This document shows, in pieces, positions 62,540-64,000 of a stretch of DNA of 64,000 nt. The position numbers were made by a program, and so were the translations under genes. The stretch is from Camelus ferus. Lineage: Eukaryota. The notes under the pieces are model-generated. The model was not told the DNA's origin. It was given only the letters and a program-made list of their open reading frames with translations, and searched no databases. The first letter of the stretch is position 1, and each line of letters starts with the position of its first letter. The DNA lies in the NCBI RefSeq assembly GCF_009834535.1, contig NC_045697.1:12898001-12962000 (forward strand), in the 5' to 3' direction.

Positions 62540-63130
62540 CTTCTTACATTCTAGTGAAGCTAGACTCTCAATGAGTACACAAGTGGACAACATTTTTGTA
62601 AGTAATGATAAAGAGCTGGGGAAAACAAACAACAAATAGTGACACTGTAGTGTGATAGCTTCTGTAGAGAGAGGGGGCAACTTTGGAAGGAATGCTCAAA
62701 AAGGGTAAGATCCAATGAATGAGACATAGACAACCTCAAAAGGATGAGACAAAAACATGTTTCAGACACAGTGAAGAGTCACCATGAAGTTCCTGAGGCA
62801 AGAACCAGATCTGCCTGCTCCAGCAACAGCCAAGTTTGCTGTGGCTTGAGCATGGTTGGCAAGGACAGGGAGTAGCTATTGGACACAATGTTGGAAAGGT
62901 ATATGGAGAAGGCATTGAGAGGTTTTAAACAAGGGAGAAAACTGATCTCTCACTTTGAAGAATAATTTAACTGCTAGTAGAAATGGATCTTAGGATGCAA
63001 AAAGTGAAAACACAGTGACCAGTTAAGGGCCTGTTACTGAGAATCTTGCCCTAGGAATAAAGATGGCTTGAGTGTTGGCGATTCGAGTAAGTTTGGAGCA
63101 AAATGGGGGGGCCCATGATATGTTTCAAAA
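62540..63130 (-). mobile_element. L2 remnant
   Basis: CTTACATTCTAGTG...AAGTTCCTGAGGCAAGAA...CATTGAGAGGTTTTAAACAAGGGAG...CAGTTAAGGGCCTGTTAC. Confidence 0.7.
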
Positions 63131-64000
63131 AAAGGAGCTTTGTAAATCTTATTGCACTTTAGAAATGTACTATTATTATAGTTAATACGTATTTTAAAAA
63201 TTCAACTCAAAAATTAATTACTTAAGCCCCTTCCCATTTTTAAAAAAAAAAAGCTCACCACTATGCACACTGCTATTTCATAGCGATCTTTTTATTTTTT
63301 CCTGGTCTTTTTTTTGATGTAAGAAACTAGCATCTGATAAAATATGATCCAGGTACATAGTTGCTATGATAAATATTTGCCATATTAATGACTGCATAAA
63401 TAAAATATGGCAGACTTGCTTCAAGACGGTCGTGTCAAGGAGATATTTGAATGAGTGAAACGTAGATTGAAGGAGCTTATTGCTACAAGATAAAATCAGT
63501 GGACAATCTCCTCATTTCAGAATGGGAATTTTACTGTATCACTGACCCTGGGTATATTTTTACACGAAATTTCTTGGCAGCATTGAGCTTAGTCTGTTAG
63601 CATGAAATAATGTATATAAATGAGCTTTGAAAAGAACAAAGCTTTGTGTCAATAGTATTAAGAATTGCTGTCATTTATTTTCTGACCCCTATGAGTCAGA
63701 TCTCATGCTAGGCATTTGCACATACATTACCTTGTTTAATTCTCACAAAAATCATGGAGGAAAGACATTATCCCTTTGTTTTAAAATTGAGGGATCTGCT
63801 ACTCAGAAATGTTATTTAACAGCTGGAGGAAGGATAAAGCTTTCAAATCCTGATCTGATTCATTTCATTGCCTCAATAAAGGGGGACGTTACCATCTTGA
63901 TTTTGAAATAAATATTAACACGCAAATATCTATTACATTGTTGATTTCTTTGAAGAGTGTCTTAGAAATTTTGCTACATAAGCTTCTAAAATAATCACAG

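Overview
Mammalian, AT-rich, repeat-dense non-coding DNA (intergenic or deep intron). A tRNA-Ala(AGC)-derived SINE of the Vic-1 type at 50941 and short young L1 3' ends point to a camelid genome (alpaca/llama/camel); this is inferred from recalled consensus sequences. I can support no protein-coding gene, and the supplied ORFs are short, repeat-derived or unrecognisable. Much of the window is old eutherian repeats (L1M, L2, MIR, MLT1 solo LTRs, hAT elements MER20/MER3/MER5/MER53/MER58) plus microsatellites. The main non-repeat signal is one CpG island/promoter-like region at about 12.75-13.74 kb, with a GC box, a four-tract G4 motif, seven CRE half-sites and a consensus minus-strand splice donor. 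It may drive an unannotated spliced non-coding transcript running leftwards. Other items worth checking are a pri-miRNA-like hairpin at 6.7 kb, an unusually CpG-rich old MLT1 LTR at 57 kb, a twin-primed 5'-inverted L1, an unassigned ~1 kb LTR-like element and candidate enhancers. I found no convincing evidence of a new multi-gene system. Repeat subfamily names and boundaries were assigned by eye and are approximate.
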